Shown: piece by piece, positions 28,554 to 39,684 of the stretch
Layout of the letters: each line of letters starts with the position of its first letter
How positions within the stretch are numbered: the stretch's first letter is position 1
Assembly (NCBI GenBank): GCA_964496595.1
Contig: CAZCAI010000002.1
Location: forward strand, 3,782-67,781
Direction of reading: 5' to 3'
Source: an uncultured Anaerolineales bacterium
GTDB lineage: Bacteria > Chloroflexota > Anaerolineae > B4-G1 > SLSP01
DNA: 64,000 nt
Notes under the pieces: model-generated
Seen by the model: only the letters and a program-made list of their open reading frames with translations
Told to the model about the DNA's origin: nothing
The model's database searches: none
Translations under genes and position numbers: made by a program

Positions 28554-29744
28554 CTACTCTTGCGCGTCTTCGGGCGTAACCGGTGTCTGGAGCGGCAATT
28601 CTAACGGCTGTCGCACCTCTTTTGGTGCCACAGGTAAATCCGGCATTGTATCTGGCAACTGATAGCGCTCAATCACATAGCGTAACCATACCGGTTGCGT
28701 TTGCATAACTCTATCTGTAAATCCGGCAGGTCGCAGAACGAGATCTAAATCCGCGCCCATCTCCAAGAGATATTTTAGTACCAGGACATCCTCGCGGGTC
28801 ACCAGCAAGGTCACCGGCTCGATATTCCCATACGTGTCCGCTTCGGGTATAGGCGTTGCGACGACCGCTGGCTCTCCACCACCCCCCATAAAACCGCCGC
28901 CGCCTTCCGCCTCACCTTCAGTTTCACCTTCAGCTTCCGCTTCGGCCTCTGCATCGCCTTCGACGCTGGGAACCGCTCTTGTAGCGGGGGTGGCTGCTTC
29001 ATCTTCATCTAGCTTCTCCCACGTTCCTATTTTCCAGACGACGGCATCCTGCACGGTAAGTTGGACTAGCAGGTTAGGCAATTGATTCATCGCCGTGTTC
29101 GCCGGCGAGATTGCAGCGACGCGACCATTGGGCAAGGTTTCAAAGCTCCCAAATACGCCGGTTTGATCGGGTTGCTCCAACTCCGAGAGATAGGTGAATT
29201 GCTGCAACGCCTCTTGTGTCCCGCTCGCGGGAACCATCTTCAACGCCGCGACGACATCTACATGATCGCCGGGACGAATACCCCACGCCACACCGCCCTG
29301 GATATCCATGGGGATGGCATAGGCGACGCGATCATTGGGTTGGAAGAGTGAATTGGAGCCGGCGGGCATCGAAAGTGTGTCGCCTCTATCGGCTAACATA
29401 TCGGGCATAACGGGCATACCCCGCGGTATATCGAGCCGGGAGATCTTACCCTCGACCTCATCTAATGACTCGAAATACTCAAGCGGCAACGAAGAATCCG
29501 GCCATTTTCTCAGCCTGACCGCCGGCGCATCCCCTTCCGTGGTAATTCTCGTGCCAAGATTGATATTCTGCACCGCCACGACAATCTCGACCATATTACT
29601 CGGCGTAGGGGTCGGGAGCATTTCCTCAGCAGCCGGTTCTTCGCCGTCTCCCGGAGATAGCACAAAATAATATGCACCAAGGAAGACCAAGGTCAATACA
29701 ATCAACACACCTGCGATGATAATCAAGGTCCTATTACCTCGCAT
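28554..29744 (-). CDS. cpaB: Flp pilus assembly protein CpaB/RcpC
   Basis: N-terminal TM, SAF-like EIVVAVQNI, VAWGIRPGDHVDV, VTLLVT; PTPTP and acidic/Gly linkers. Confidence 0.8.
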   Translation of the reverse strand: MRGNRTLIIIAGVLIVLTLVFLGAYYFVLSPGDGEEPAAEEMLPTPTPSNMVEIVVAVQNINLGTRITTEGDAPAVRLRKWPDSSLPLEYFESLDEVEGKISRLDIPRGMPVMPDMLADRGDTLSMPAGSNSLFQPNDRVAYAIPMDIQGGVAWGIRPGDHVDVVAALKMVPASGTQEALQQFTYLSELEQPDQTGVFGSFETLPNGRVAAISPANTAMNQLPNLLVQLTVQDAVVWKIGTWEKLDEDEAATPATRAVPSVEGDAEAEAEAEGETEGEAEGGGGFMGGGGEPAVVATPIPEADTYGNIEPVTLLVTREDVLVLKYLLEMGADLDLVLRPAGFTDRVMQTQPVWLRYVIERYQLPDTMPDLPVAPKEVRQPLELPLQTPVTPEDAQE

Positions 29745-29782
29745 CCAAAACCTCCTTAAGGTTGGAATTAGCGCAAGTCAGG

Positions 29783-29864
29783 CCCTAACGTGGTCGAGCT
29801 ATCGCCAAAAAGAGTCCTGTCCATCAAACACTTGTACATTCGACACGAATTTGATGGATTAGGC
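29783..29864 (-). repeat. 82-bp dispersed repeat upstream of cpaB
   Basis: 60/82 ungapped identity (hand count) to 35239-35320. Confidence 0.7.
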
Positions 29865-30117
29865 TCGCGTCTCATTCAATTCACATCCGCCGAACAAGAG
29901 TTGGTTACCAGAGATTCTTTTAGTAAGGTATTAACCAGGTTAGGATACTTGCAAAAGATGGGAGGCAATATAATATAAAGCCGCCACATCTATTCACAGA
30001 AACTTAAATACTATGACTCATCTCAAGTTTATCACGGGCTAGAAGGGTTGTCAATTCAAAACAACACACGTTTGAGATAAAATCATACTTCTGACAAGGT
30101 TATAAACAGGTTTAATT

Positions 30118-33100
30118 TCACCCACTCAACGGCGTGATAACCCGCAAGTTCTGCTTGCCGACCAGAGACTCAACGCGCTCGCGCAAGTTCAGGCTATAGC
30201 GCGTGCTGGCCTCCGGGAAGGATAGTTGAATCTTCTGATACCCCGCCCCCTCCAACACGACAATGAATCGATCTCCGCCAGGAGATTGACACAGAAGCTG
30301 ATGAATCTCTGCTAACGTATCAAAATCTCGCTGATGATCCCCAGAGCGTTGGAGGGTGATGTAAAGTGTGCTCGGCGGGGATGGCGGCTCGTCCGGTGGC
30401 GGCGGCGGTGTCCCATGCCCCCCATTATCGCGTCCTAAAGCCGATGGGTCTGAGGTCGCCTGGGCATACATCGCGCCCTCATCTTGCTGCGGCCCCTGCG
30501 AGCCATTGGCGTGATACGTGGTATGATGATCGTTAGAATACGAAGGCTCCATTCCATAATCTCCTTGTTCTACTTGATCTACTTGACCTACTTGATGAAC
30601 GTTATTCGTCGGATGTAACATCTGCTCCGGAAGCTTGAACCAGTCGGCCAGGAGGGGATGCGACTCGCGATCTTGCCGGTCGTCCAGCTTACCGCTGACG
30701 ACCAGAGTCTCATCCTGGATCAACAACGATTTGAAGCGCTCGTACGCCTGGGGAAAAACGACCACATCTAATGTACCGCCCGAACCCTCCAGTGTGACGA
30801 AGGCCATGGTGGCGCCCTTCTTCGTGTTGATGCGTTTGACGCGCTGTACCATACCGACCAACGCGATCTGTTGTCCGAGTTGCTCAGTAGCGACCTGCGC
30901 GATGGTCGTGCTGATCATGCCCTTAGCCTGAAGTTCACGCTCTTGACGCTCAAGCGGATGCTCGGAAAGGTAGGCGCCCAATAGCTCTTTCTCCCAGGCG
31001 AGCAACTGCCGATTATCAATCGGCGGCGCGAAGGCCGGTAGCGTGATCCGCTGTGTGCTGCCCATCGCATCGCCAAAGAGCGTGATCTGTCCCACGTCGC
31101 GCGCGTGATGAATTTGGCTGCTGGCCCCGATCAGCGCGTCGATTAGCGTGAGCAGCTTGGGCCGCTCTCCAAATGGATCCAACGCGCCCGCCTGGATGAG
31201 ACACTCCAGCGTCTTCCGGTTCACCTTCCGCAGATCGACGCGCTCCGCAAAATCATCCAGCGACGCGAACGGGCCGCCCGCGCGGCGCGCATCGACGATC
31301 ACCTGCATCGCATCGTCGCCGACGTTTTTGATCGCGCCCAGGCCGATGCGAATATAACGCCGCCCATCTTTTTCGTGACCGATGGAAAACTCCACATCAG
31401 AGGCATTGATATCCGGGCCGCGCACCTCCAAATCGTTGCGCCGCGCGTCGGTGATGAGGTAGCCTAACTTTTCGACGTTGTGGCGCTCGGTCGTCATCAG
31501 GCCGGTCATAAATTCTAAGGGATAGTGGGCCTTGAGGTAGGCGGTCTGCGCGGTGATGACGGCGTAATCGGTGGCGTGAGCGCGGTTGAAGCCGTAGCGC
31601 GCGAAGAATTCAATGTCGCTCCAGACGGCGTTGGCGATTTCGGCGGCGATGCCCTTCTTGATCGCGCCCTCGCGGAACAGCTTCTTGTGCTTCTCCATCA
31701 ATTTCTTCTTCTTCTTCGCCACCGCCTTGCGGATCATGTCCGCTTCGCCAGGTTTGTAGCCCGCCATCTGCACCGCGATCTGCATGATCTGCTCTTGATA
31801 CACTATGATGCCGTACGTATCTCCCAAAATATCTTGTAAAATCGGATGATGATACTTTACCTCCTCCTCACCGTGAAGGCGGCGGATGTAGGTCGGGATG
31901 TTCTCCATCGGGCCGGGGCGATAAAGCGCCAGCACGGCGATGATGTGCTGGAATTCCTGCGGGCGCAACTCGTTCAGCGTCCGGCGCATGCCGGCGCCCT
32001 CCACCTGGAAGACGCCCGTCGTCTCGCCGCTGGCCAACAGTTCGTAGAGCTGCTTGACCTTGGCATCCTTTTCTGGATCGTCGGGCACGCGCTCGTAAGG
32101 AATGGTAAAAAGATCCAGTTTGACGCCATGCTCCTTCTCAATCCACTCGCACGTTCGGCGCATCGAGGTCAGCGTGCGCAGGCCCAGGAAATCGACCTTG
32201 AGCATGCCCATCGCGTCCACAATCTCCATCGGCCACTGCGAGACGCGCTCCACCGGGCTGCCCTCGCCGCCGCCTTTAGTCGGCCGATGCAACGGCAGAT
32301 ATTCGACTAAGGGCTTATCGGAGACCAGAATGCCGGCGGCGTGCGTGCTGGCGTGGCGCGTGGTGCCCTCGACCTGCTGCGCGGTATCCAGCAGCCGCTT
32401 GATGTACATTGTGCTATCGTAGACCTCGCGCAGTTCGGAGACCTGCTCCAGCGCCTGTGCAATCGAGACGGGCTTGCCGGGAACGTTCGGCACCATCCGC
32501 GCGACGCGGTCGACTTCGCCCAGAGGGATGTCTAAGGCGCGGCCCACATCGCGGATCGCGGCGCGCGCGCCCAACGTCCCAAAGGTGATGATCGCCGCGA
32601 CGTGATCGGCGCCGTAGCGCTCCACGGTGTAGGCGATCAACTCCTCGCGCCGGTCGTCGGGATAGTCCAGATCGATATCGGGCATATTGACGCGGGCCGG
32701 ATTCAAGAAGCGCTCAAACATCAGCCGATTTTTGAAGGGATCGACATGCGTGATCTCCAACGTGTAGGCCACGACGCTGCCCGCGCCCGATCCGCGGACA
32801 TTCCACCAGATGTCGCGCTCTTTCGCCGCCTTGCAGAGATCCCAGACGATCAAGAAATAGTCATCGAAGCCCATCTCGTGGATGACGCCTAACTCGTGCT
32901 CCATCCGCTCGATCACCTCGGGTTCCCTGGCGCGCGCCTCGCCGTAGCGCATCACCAGCCCCTCGTAGCAGAGATGACGCAGGTACGCCTCCGAGGCGCC
33001 GCATCCTTCCGGGACGGGGAACTGGGGCAGGTGATAGGGCGGCGCGAATTGAATCTCGACGTTGCATTGTTCGGCAATCTTGACGGTGTTCTCCAACGCC

Positions 33101-33873
33101 TCCGGGATGTCGCCATATAGCTCCCACATCTCCTCCGGGGAGCGCATATAATAAGAGTTATCCGTCATCCGCATCCGCTTCGTCTCATTGACGCTCTTCC
33201 CGGTGCCGATGCAGAGCAGCACATCGTGCGCCTCCGCCTGATCCGGCCTGGCGTAGTGAATGTCGTTCGTCGCCGCCAGCGGGACATTCATCTCGCCGGC
33301 GAGCGCGATCATCTTCTTGTAGGTCGCGTCAAATTCCGGGATCTCGTGCGTCTGCAATTCGATGTAGAAGCGATCGGGGAAGTGCTCCTGATACCAGCGG
33401 ATAGCCTCGCGCGCCTTCTCGTCCCGACCCTCGTGCAGCAATTGGGGAATTTCTCCTTGCACGCAGGCCGTGAGCGCGATGACGCCCGCGCTGTGCCGGG
33501 CCAATGTCTCCTTATCGATGCGGGGCTTGTAATAGAACCCTTCCAACTGCGCGAGGCTCGCCAACGCCAGCAAGTTCTGATACCCGGTCTGATTCTGGGC
33601 CAAGAGCACAATGTGATACGGCTTTCCATCATCTCGATTCCGACTGTGGCGCGAGGTGCGGGCCACATACGCCTCGATGCCGATGATGGGCTTAATGCCC
33701 GCCGCCTGACACGCCTGGTAAAAATCTACCACGCCAAACATCACCCCGTGATCAGTGATGGCCAACGCATCCATGCCCAACTCGACGGCGTAATTCGCCA
33801 ACTCGCGCGGGCTGCTCAACCCATCTAATAATGAAAATTCCGTGTGGGTATGAAGGTGTACGAAATTCGACAT
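30118..33873 (-). CDS. dnaE: DNA polymerase III alpha subunit
   Basis: PHP FVHLHTHTEFSLLDG, RGSGAGS, PDIDLD, KVDFLGL, YQEQIM, FNRAH; OB fold; low-complexity C-terminal linker. Confidence 0.97.
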   Translation of the reverse strand: MSNFVHLHTHTEFSLLDGLSSPRELANYAVELGMDALAITDHGVMFGVVDFYQACQAAGIKPIIGIEAYVARTSRHSRNRDDGKPYHIVLLAQNQTGYQNLLALASLAQLEGFYYKPRIDKETLARHSAGVIALTACVQGEIPQLLHEGRDEKAREAIRWYQEHFPDRFYIELQTHEIPEFDATYKKMIALAGEMNVPLAATNDIHYARPDQAEAHDVLLCIGTGKSVNETKRMRMTDNSYYMRSPEEMWELYGDIPEALENTVKIAEQCNVEIQFAPPYHLPQFPVPEGCGASEAYLRHLCYEGLVMRYGEARAREPEVIERMEHELGVIHEMGFDDYFLIVWDLCKAAKERDIWWNVRGSGAGSVVAYTLEITHVDPFKNRLMFERFLNPARVNMPDIDLDYPDDRREELIAYTVERYGADHVAAIITFGTLGARAAIRDVGRALDIPLGEVDRVARMVPNVPGKPVSIAQALEQVSELREVYDSTMYIKRLLDTAQQVEGTTRHASTHAAGILVSDKPLVEYLPLHRPTKGGGEGSPVERVSQWPMEIVDAMGMLKVDFLGLRTLTSMRRTCEWIEKEHGVKLDLFTIPYERVPDDPEKDAKVKQLYELLASGETTGVFQVEGAGMRRTLNELRPQEFQHIIAVLALYRPGPMENIPTYIRRLHGEEEVKYHHPILQDILGDTYGIIVYQEQIMQIAVQMAGYKPGEADMIRKAVAKKKKKLMEKHKKLFREGAIKKGIAAEIANAVWSDIEFFARYGFNRAHATDYAVITAQTAYLKAHYPLEFMTGLMTTERHNVEKLGYLITDARRNDLEVRGPDINASDVEFSIGHEKDGRRYIRIGLGAIKNVGDDAMQVIVDARRAGGPFASLDDFAERVDLRKVNRKTLECLIQAGALDPFGERPKLLTLIDALIGASSQIHHARDVGQITLFGDAMGSTQRITLPAFAPPIDNRQLLAWEKELLGAYLSEHPLERQERELQAKGMISTTIAQVATEQLGQQIALVGMVQRVKRINTKKGATMAFVTLEGSGGTLDVVVFPQAYERFKSLLIQDETLVVSGKLDDRQDRESHPLLADWFKLPEQMLHPTNNVHQVGQVDQVEQGDYGMEPSYSNDHHTTYHANGSQGPQQDEGAMYAQATSDPSALGRDNGGHGTPPPPPDEPPSPPSTLYITLQRSGDHQRDFDTLAEIHQLLCQSPGGDRFIVVLEGAGYQKIQLSFPEASTRYSLNLRERVESLVGKQNLRVITPLSG

Positions 33874-34033
33874 TCACATCCTCCAACGATAAATTTGTAT
33901 CTGAGAGATAAATTCAAGGCGAAGATAAAAGAGGGTCGTTCATCCCTGATTATATCACAAAGGCCCCACTCGGATAATATCTGATCACAAATGACGCCTT
34001 TCATTACCCCTAACTTAGGAAAGGAGAGAAACC

Positions 34034-34585
34034 ATGTTAGTCAATCGCATCATTGGCGTTTTCAAGCTGGATCGGCAGACCTTCGCGGAGATCGAGCACG
34101 ACGAGTCGGCCCTCACAGAAGCCGCCATCGTGGTCGCCATCGTAGCCTTCCTCTCCGCGATTGGAACGCTACTCAACGCCTTCATCGGCGATACAGGCGC
34201 TGGCGGTGTTCTGATGTCCTTCATCGGCGCCTTCATCGTGACTTTCATCAACTGGTTCGTCTGGTCCGCAATCACCTATTTCGTCGGCACCAGTCTATTT
34301 GGCGGAGAAGCCGATTTACCTGAGATGATGCGCGTGATCGGGTACGCTTACGCCCCCCAGATGCTGGGCATCATTCCCTGCATCGGCGCACTCGTCGGCG
34401 GGATTTGGTCCCTGATCGCCAGTTATTTCGCGATCAAAGAGGGGCTGGATCTGGACGATGGCAAGACGATTGCGACGGTATTGATCGGCTGGTTGGTCAC
34501 CATCGCCATTAGCCTCCTCCTTGGCCTCCTGGGCATCGGCGGCGCCATAAGTATTGGGGCGCTCACCGGCGGGTTCGGCGGCTAA
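34034..34585 (+). CDS. Yip1 family membrane protein
   Basis: FAEIEHD...EAAIVVAIV, MRVIGYAYAP; five TM helices; AAGGAG RBS. Confidence 0.8.
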   Translation: MLVNRIIGVFKLDRQTFAEIEHDESALTEAAIVVAIVAFLSAIGTLLNAFIGDTGAGGVLMSFIGAFIVTFINWFVWSAITYFVGTSLFGGEADLPEMMRVIGYAYAPQMLGIIPCIGALVGGIWSLIASYFAIKEGLDLDDGKTIATVLIGWLVTIAISLLLGLLGIGGAISIGALTGGFGG

Positions 34586-34609
34586 GGTCAATTTTTCACA
34601 CAATCACAC

Positions 34610-34642
34610 AAAAACTGCCCTGAGTATTCAGGGCAGTTTTTT
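34610..34642. terminator. Bidirectional intrinsic terminator
   Basis: AAAACTGCCCTGA-GTAT-TCAGGGCAGTTTTTT. Confidence 0.8.
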
Positions 34643-34692
34643 CTTTTCTCGGCAGATCCATCCTCGAACGTCCGCTCTTCCTGCTATCCCAT

Positions 34693-34735
34693 AAAAAAAG
34701 CACGCTTCTTTCTAGTATCATAGAAAGAAGCGTGC
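34693..34735 (-). terminator. Intrinsic terminator of the SRPBCC gene
   Basis: 15-bp stem GCACGCTTCTTTCTA/TAGAAAGAAGCGTGC with A7 on the + side. Confidence 0.75.
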
Positions 34736-34768
34736 TATGAAAATAATAAATGTAGTTCGACGAGGTAA

Positions 34769-35200
34769 TTAGCCCTCAGTCATTACCTTGACATTCTGCA
34801 ACGTCTTGTCGGCCATATCCGCAAAACTGCGGGCGACCATCCCCTCGGCCACTTTAGCGGCGCCTTTAAGATCCGCCTCGATGTGGAATGAGAGCTTCGT
34901 GCGCACCCCCATCGACATATAGGTGAAGAGCATGTGCCCTTCTGCCAGGCCGGGGCTTTCAAACTCTCCGCGCCACAATTTACCGGGATCGATTTCCGAT
35001 ACCGTGAGGCGCGAGGGTAACGGCAAATTGGCGACCGACATCGTCAATTCGACGGTCGTGCCAACATCGCCATTCCCCTCCACAAACTTAGGCGTCGAGG
35101 CGCCTTCGAACCAATGGGGCCAACTATTGGGGTCTTTGACGCTATCCCAAATCTTTTCCGGGGGGGCTTTAATCGTGATACTTTTTTCCACTGCTGCCAT
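34769..35200 (-). CDS. SRPBCC/polyketide cyclase family protein
   Basis: VEKSITIKAPPEKIWD...DPNSWPHW; AGGAGG RBS. Confidence 0.8.
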   Translation of the reverse strand: MAAVEKSITIKAPPEKIWDSVKDPNSWPHWFEGASTPKFVEGNGDVGTTVELTMSVANLPLPSRLTVSEIDPGKLWRGEFESPGLAEGHMLFTYMSMGVRTKLSFHIEADLKGAAKVAEGMVARSFADMADKTLQNVKVMTEG

Positions 35201-35238
35201 AATTTTCCTCCTGCAAGGTGAATAGAATCAACAGTGTA

Positions 35239-35320
35239 GGCTAACCAATCAAATTCGTGCCAAACAGACACGAATCTGGTAGACAGGAGCCTTTTTAGTG
35301 ACGGCTTGTCCACGTTAGGG
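35239..35320 (+). repeat. 82-bp dispersed repeat
   Basis: GGCTAAC...CCACGTTAGGG; homologous to 29783-29864. Confidence 0.7.
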
Positions 35321-35378
35321 ATTCTCCTCTTCAAATTATATCGTTTTTGGATTAGAACACAATAGCAAAAAAGTACTG

Positions 35379-36083
35379 TTATCTATCTGGAACCAGCGAC
35401 TCCTTATCCTCACACACATCACATGTGCCGAAAGGATCAAGCGTTGCAGTAGCCGATGACGAGGGGGAAGAGGTCGCAGTCGGAGAGGGTAAAGGCGTGG
35501 CTGCCGGCGTGATCATTGTCGTAAGTTCGGCCCATCTGGCCTCGTCGATCTCGATTGCAGCTTCCGCGCGTCGCTGCGCCATCCACTCGGATGGATCTTG
35601 GTCTTGGGATGCTGTGAGTTGCGCCTGCGCGGCCTCCACGGTCAGGAGACGGTGCATTGTCTGGGTCAACACCGCGCCTGGAAGATCGGCGGCGCGCAGA
35701 TGGGCCACCAACGTCGCATCATCGACGCCCCAACTGGATTGGAACGCTGCGATTCGCTGCCGCACCTCCGCATCGGTCGGCGGGTCCGGGGGGCGATAGG
35801 ACTGGAGCAACAGCGTCTCGTTGATGAGCCGATCCAAGGTCTCGCGCGGCGGGGGCGATGCCTGGCCCGCCAATTGACTCATCACCTGATCCAGTCGATA
35901 TTGCTCCGCCCAGAAATTGACCCCGAGCATCTCGCCTTCGACCGTGGCCAATGCCACATCGGTCGGGGGGGGCGTCGGCGTCGGAACAACCTGCGGCTCT
36001 TGATCCAACAGAAACAGCGATCCCAGGAGCAATCCCCCCGCGATCACCAACACGGCCAAAATCCCGAAAACGCGCGTCTTCAT
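35379..36083 (-). CDS. Membrane-anchored SurA N-terminal-domain-like protein
   Basis: N-terminal TM, PTPTP linker, VALATVEGE, TLDRLINETLLLQ; Thr/Ser/Pro tail ending CDVC. Confidence 0.6.
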   Translation of the reverse strand: MKTRVFGILAVLVIAGGLLLGSLFLLDQEPQVVPTPTPPPTDVALATVEGEMLGVNFWAEQYRLDQVMSQLAGQASPPPRETLDRLINETLLLQSYRPPDPPTDAEVRQRIAAFQSSWGVDDATLVAHLRAADLPGAVLTQTMHRLLTVEAAQAQLTASQDQDPSEWMAQRRAEAAIEIDEARWAELTTMITPAATPLPSPTATSSPSSSATATLDPFGTCDVCEDKESLVPDR

Positions 36084-36120
36084 CCATCCGCCTCGATTTC
36101 TTTGCATTCTAACGACAAGC

Positions 36121-36217
36121 AACCCTTGCGAAGGTTCCAGACGGCTTTAATACAACGTTATCTCCGGTGGAGACCCCCCCTGGACTAAAAGTCTCTTTCG
36201 CAACCTTCGCAAGGGTT
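36121..36217. repeat. REP-like inverted doublet AACCCTTGCGAAGGTT / AACCTTCGCAAGGGTT
   Basis: 36121-36136 is the exact reverse complement of 36202-36217. Confidence 0.7.
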
Positions 36218-36233
36218 CCGCCCAGATCCTTGC

Positions 36234-37889
<1,656 letters not shown>

Positions 37890-37931
37890 AGCAAACCTCC
37901 TTTTCATCTCGTGATATCAGAGCCTATATAC

Positions 37932-37964
37932 AAAAAGGCCAGTCACATTGAAATGTGCTGGCCT
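37932..37964 (-). terminator. Intrinsic terminator after the Roadblock gene
   Basis: Minus strand AGGCCAG-CACAT...ATGTG-A-CTGGCCT-TTTT. Confidence 0.6.
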
Positions 37965-37988
37965 CTTAATCCAAATAAGTGCAGATAA

Positions 37989-38360
37989 TCAGAGCAAGTC
38001 AGTAAGTGAGTCAACCGCCCGGCGCATCTCCAGGAAAACCAAACCCAACTTAGCTTTGGAATGCGCCAAGGCCGTTAAAACCGCCTCCTGTCCAACCGAC
38101 ATCAAAATCACATATCCCTGGTCGCCTTTGACATAAACCTGTTCCAAATTGCCGCGCCCCAGTTCAATCGCAATGCGCTCACCCAGGGAGAGCATCGCAG
38201 CGGACATAGCGGAAACGCGGTCTTCTTCGGAACCAGAGGGAAGGGCCGAGGCAATAATCAGGCCGTCCACGCTAACAATGGCGGAGGCTTCGATGTCTGG
38301 CGTACCAACTTGAAGGTCACGCAGCGCTGTGGTCAGTTGATCAACACGTGATGCGGGCAT
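37989..38360 (-). CDS. Roadblock/LC7 domain protein (MglB-like)
   Basis: ASAIVSVDGLIIASALP, DRVSAMSAAMLSLGERIAIELGRGNLEQVYVKG, KLGLVFLEM. Confidence 0.92.
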   Translation of the reverse strand: MPASRVDQLTTALRDLQVGTPDIEASAIVSVDGLIIASALPSGSEEDRVSAMSAAMLSLGERIAIELGRGNLEQVYVKGDQGYVILMSVGQEAVLTALAHSKAKLGLVFLEMRRAVDSLTDLL

Positions 38361-38464
38361 AAATCCTCCTTAGATCGAGCAGGAATTTTATAAACATTGT
38401 TAAGAAAAAATCTCCCCAAAAAACGAGTCGAATTGGGGAAATGATGATGTAATTTTACCTTCCT

Positions 38465-38611
38465 GGTTCTTTAGGAATTCGCCGAGGGGCAATCGTATCA
38501 TCCCATCCACAACCTGCTAACACGCAAACAGGTCTGTGATCCTTGCAAACACACGAATCGTGGCTGCTGTTAGGGCTACTGGGGGAATTATCCGGCAAAA
38601 TTCAAAAGGCC
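38465..38611 (+). mobile_element. ISL3-type miniature inverted-repeat element, copy A (147 bp)
   Basis: Ends GGTTCTTTAGGAATTCGCCG and CCGGCAAAATTCAAAAGGCC; perfect 8-bp direct repeat ACCTTCCT at 38457-38464 and 38612-38619. Confidence 0.8.
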
Positions 38612-38784
38612 ACCTTCCTCAGATTGTATTGAAGAGGGTATTGACTGCCCTTAATAGTACCATACTTGCAAGGGGGTGTCAATTTGACAGCGAGCTTTTT
38701 AATTTTACAATCAAGGGGACGCGCCAGAGAGATCAACACGCCTCACCAACCCCACAATGTCAAAAATTGACCAAGGAGTCTAAC

Positions 38785-39516
38785 GTGGATCAGATCAGCG
38801 ATAAAGCCGCCTCACGAGGGAATCCTTCCTTTGTATGGCGCGCAGGACAAGAGCGGCGATTTCAGTTAGTTCGCCAGCACATCGATCTCCACGGCAAGGC
38901 GATTTTGGATGTGGGATGTGGCGTGGGGATGTACACCAACGCCTTCTCCCGGCACTCGCCCCACGTCTACGGCGTCGAGATCGAGGGCGAGCGCGCTCAG
39001 GAAGCCCGCGACCGCGCGCGCGCCGTGATGCAAGCCGTGGGCGAGGCGCTTCCCTTCGCCAGCCACGCCTTCGACGTGACCTTCTCCCACGAGGTGCTGG
39101 AGCACGTCGCCGATGACCGGCGCTGCGCCCGCGAGATGGTCCGCGTCACCCGGCCCGGCGGAAACATCGTGATCTTCGTGCCCAATCGGCTCTACCTCTT
39201 CGAGACGCACGGCATCTACTGGCGCGGACGTTATCACTTCGGCAACAAGCCGCTGGTCAACTGGCTGCCCGATCCCCTGCGCGACCGCCTCGCCCCCCAC
39301 GTCCGCGCGTACACCGCCGCCGACCTGCGCCGCCTGTTCCGCGATCTGCCCGTGCGCGTGCGCGTCCACACCCAGATCTACCCCGGCTACGATAATATCG
39401 TCGCGCGACGCCCGCGGCTGGGCCAACTGCTGCGCCGGCTGACCTATGAGATGGAGCGCACACCGCTGCGGCATTTTGGGCTGTCCCATTTCCTCGTGTT
39501 GGATGTGCTCAAGTGA
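38785..39516 (+). CDS. Class I SAM-dependent methyltransferase
   Basis: ILDVGCGVG, ALPFASHAFDV, EVLEHV, VTRPGG; AAGGAG RBS before GTG 38785 (the ORF-track start 38536 lies inside MITE A). Confidence 0.88.
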   Translation: MDQISDKAASRGNPSFVWRAGQERRFQLVRQHIDLHGKAILDVGCGVGMYTNAFSRHSPHVYGVEIEGERAQEARDRARAVMQAVGEALPFASHAFDVTFSHEVLEHVADDRRCAREMVRVTRPGGNIVIFVPNRLYLFETHGIYWRGRYHFGNKPLVNWLPDPLRDRLAPHVRAYTAADLRRLFRDLPVRVRVHTQIYPGYDNIVARRPRLGQLLRRLTYEMERTPLRHFGLSHFLVLDVLK

Positions 39517-39539
39517 AAAACTTCTCACGCACCCTTTAG

Positions 39540-39614
39540 GTCTAACTTCCGAACAACCTCTAAGGTTTTTTGAGGAACGAGCAAAAATTTGGTGACGGCT
39601 CGTCCAAGTTAGGG
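39540..39614 (+). repeat. Divergent 75-bp member of the ~80-bp dispersed repeat
   Basis: GTCTAACTT...GGTGACGGCTCGTCCAAGTTAGGG; 3' end matches copy 35239-35320. Confidence 0.55.
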
Positions 39615-39632
39615 CCACGAGAAACATCTTTT

Positions 39633-39667
39633 AACTTGCAACTTGCAACTTGCAACCTATAACTCAT
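39633..39667. repeat. Heptamer tandem repeat (AACTTGC)3 plus two degenerate units
   Basis: Direct reading upstream of the purB RBS. Confidence 0.7.
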
Positions 39668-39684
39668 TTTTTCAGGAGATACCC

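Noticed and set aside
29745-30117. c-di-GMP riboswitch upstream of the tad operon
   Set aside because: No GGCAAAC...GAAA...GGACGCAAA pattern; the visible hairpin belongs to the 82-bp repeat
30118-33873. Intein in DnaE
   Set aside because: Length is near normal; no C-start/HN-end splice motifs or LAGLIDADG block seen
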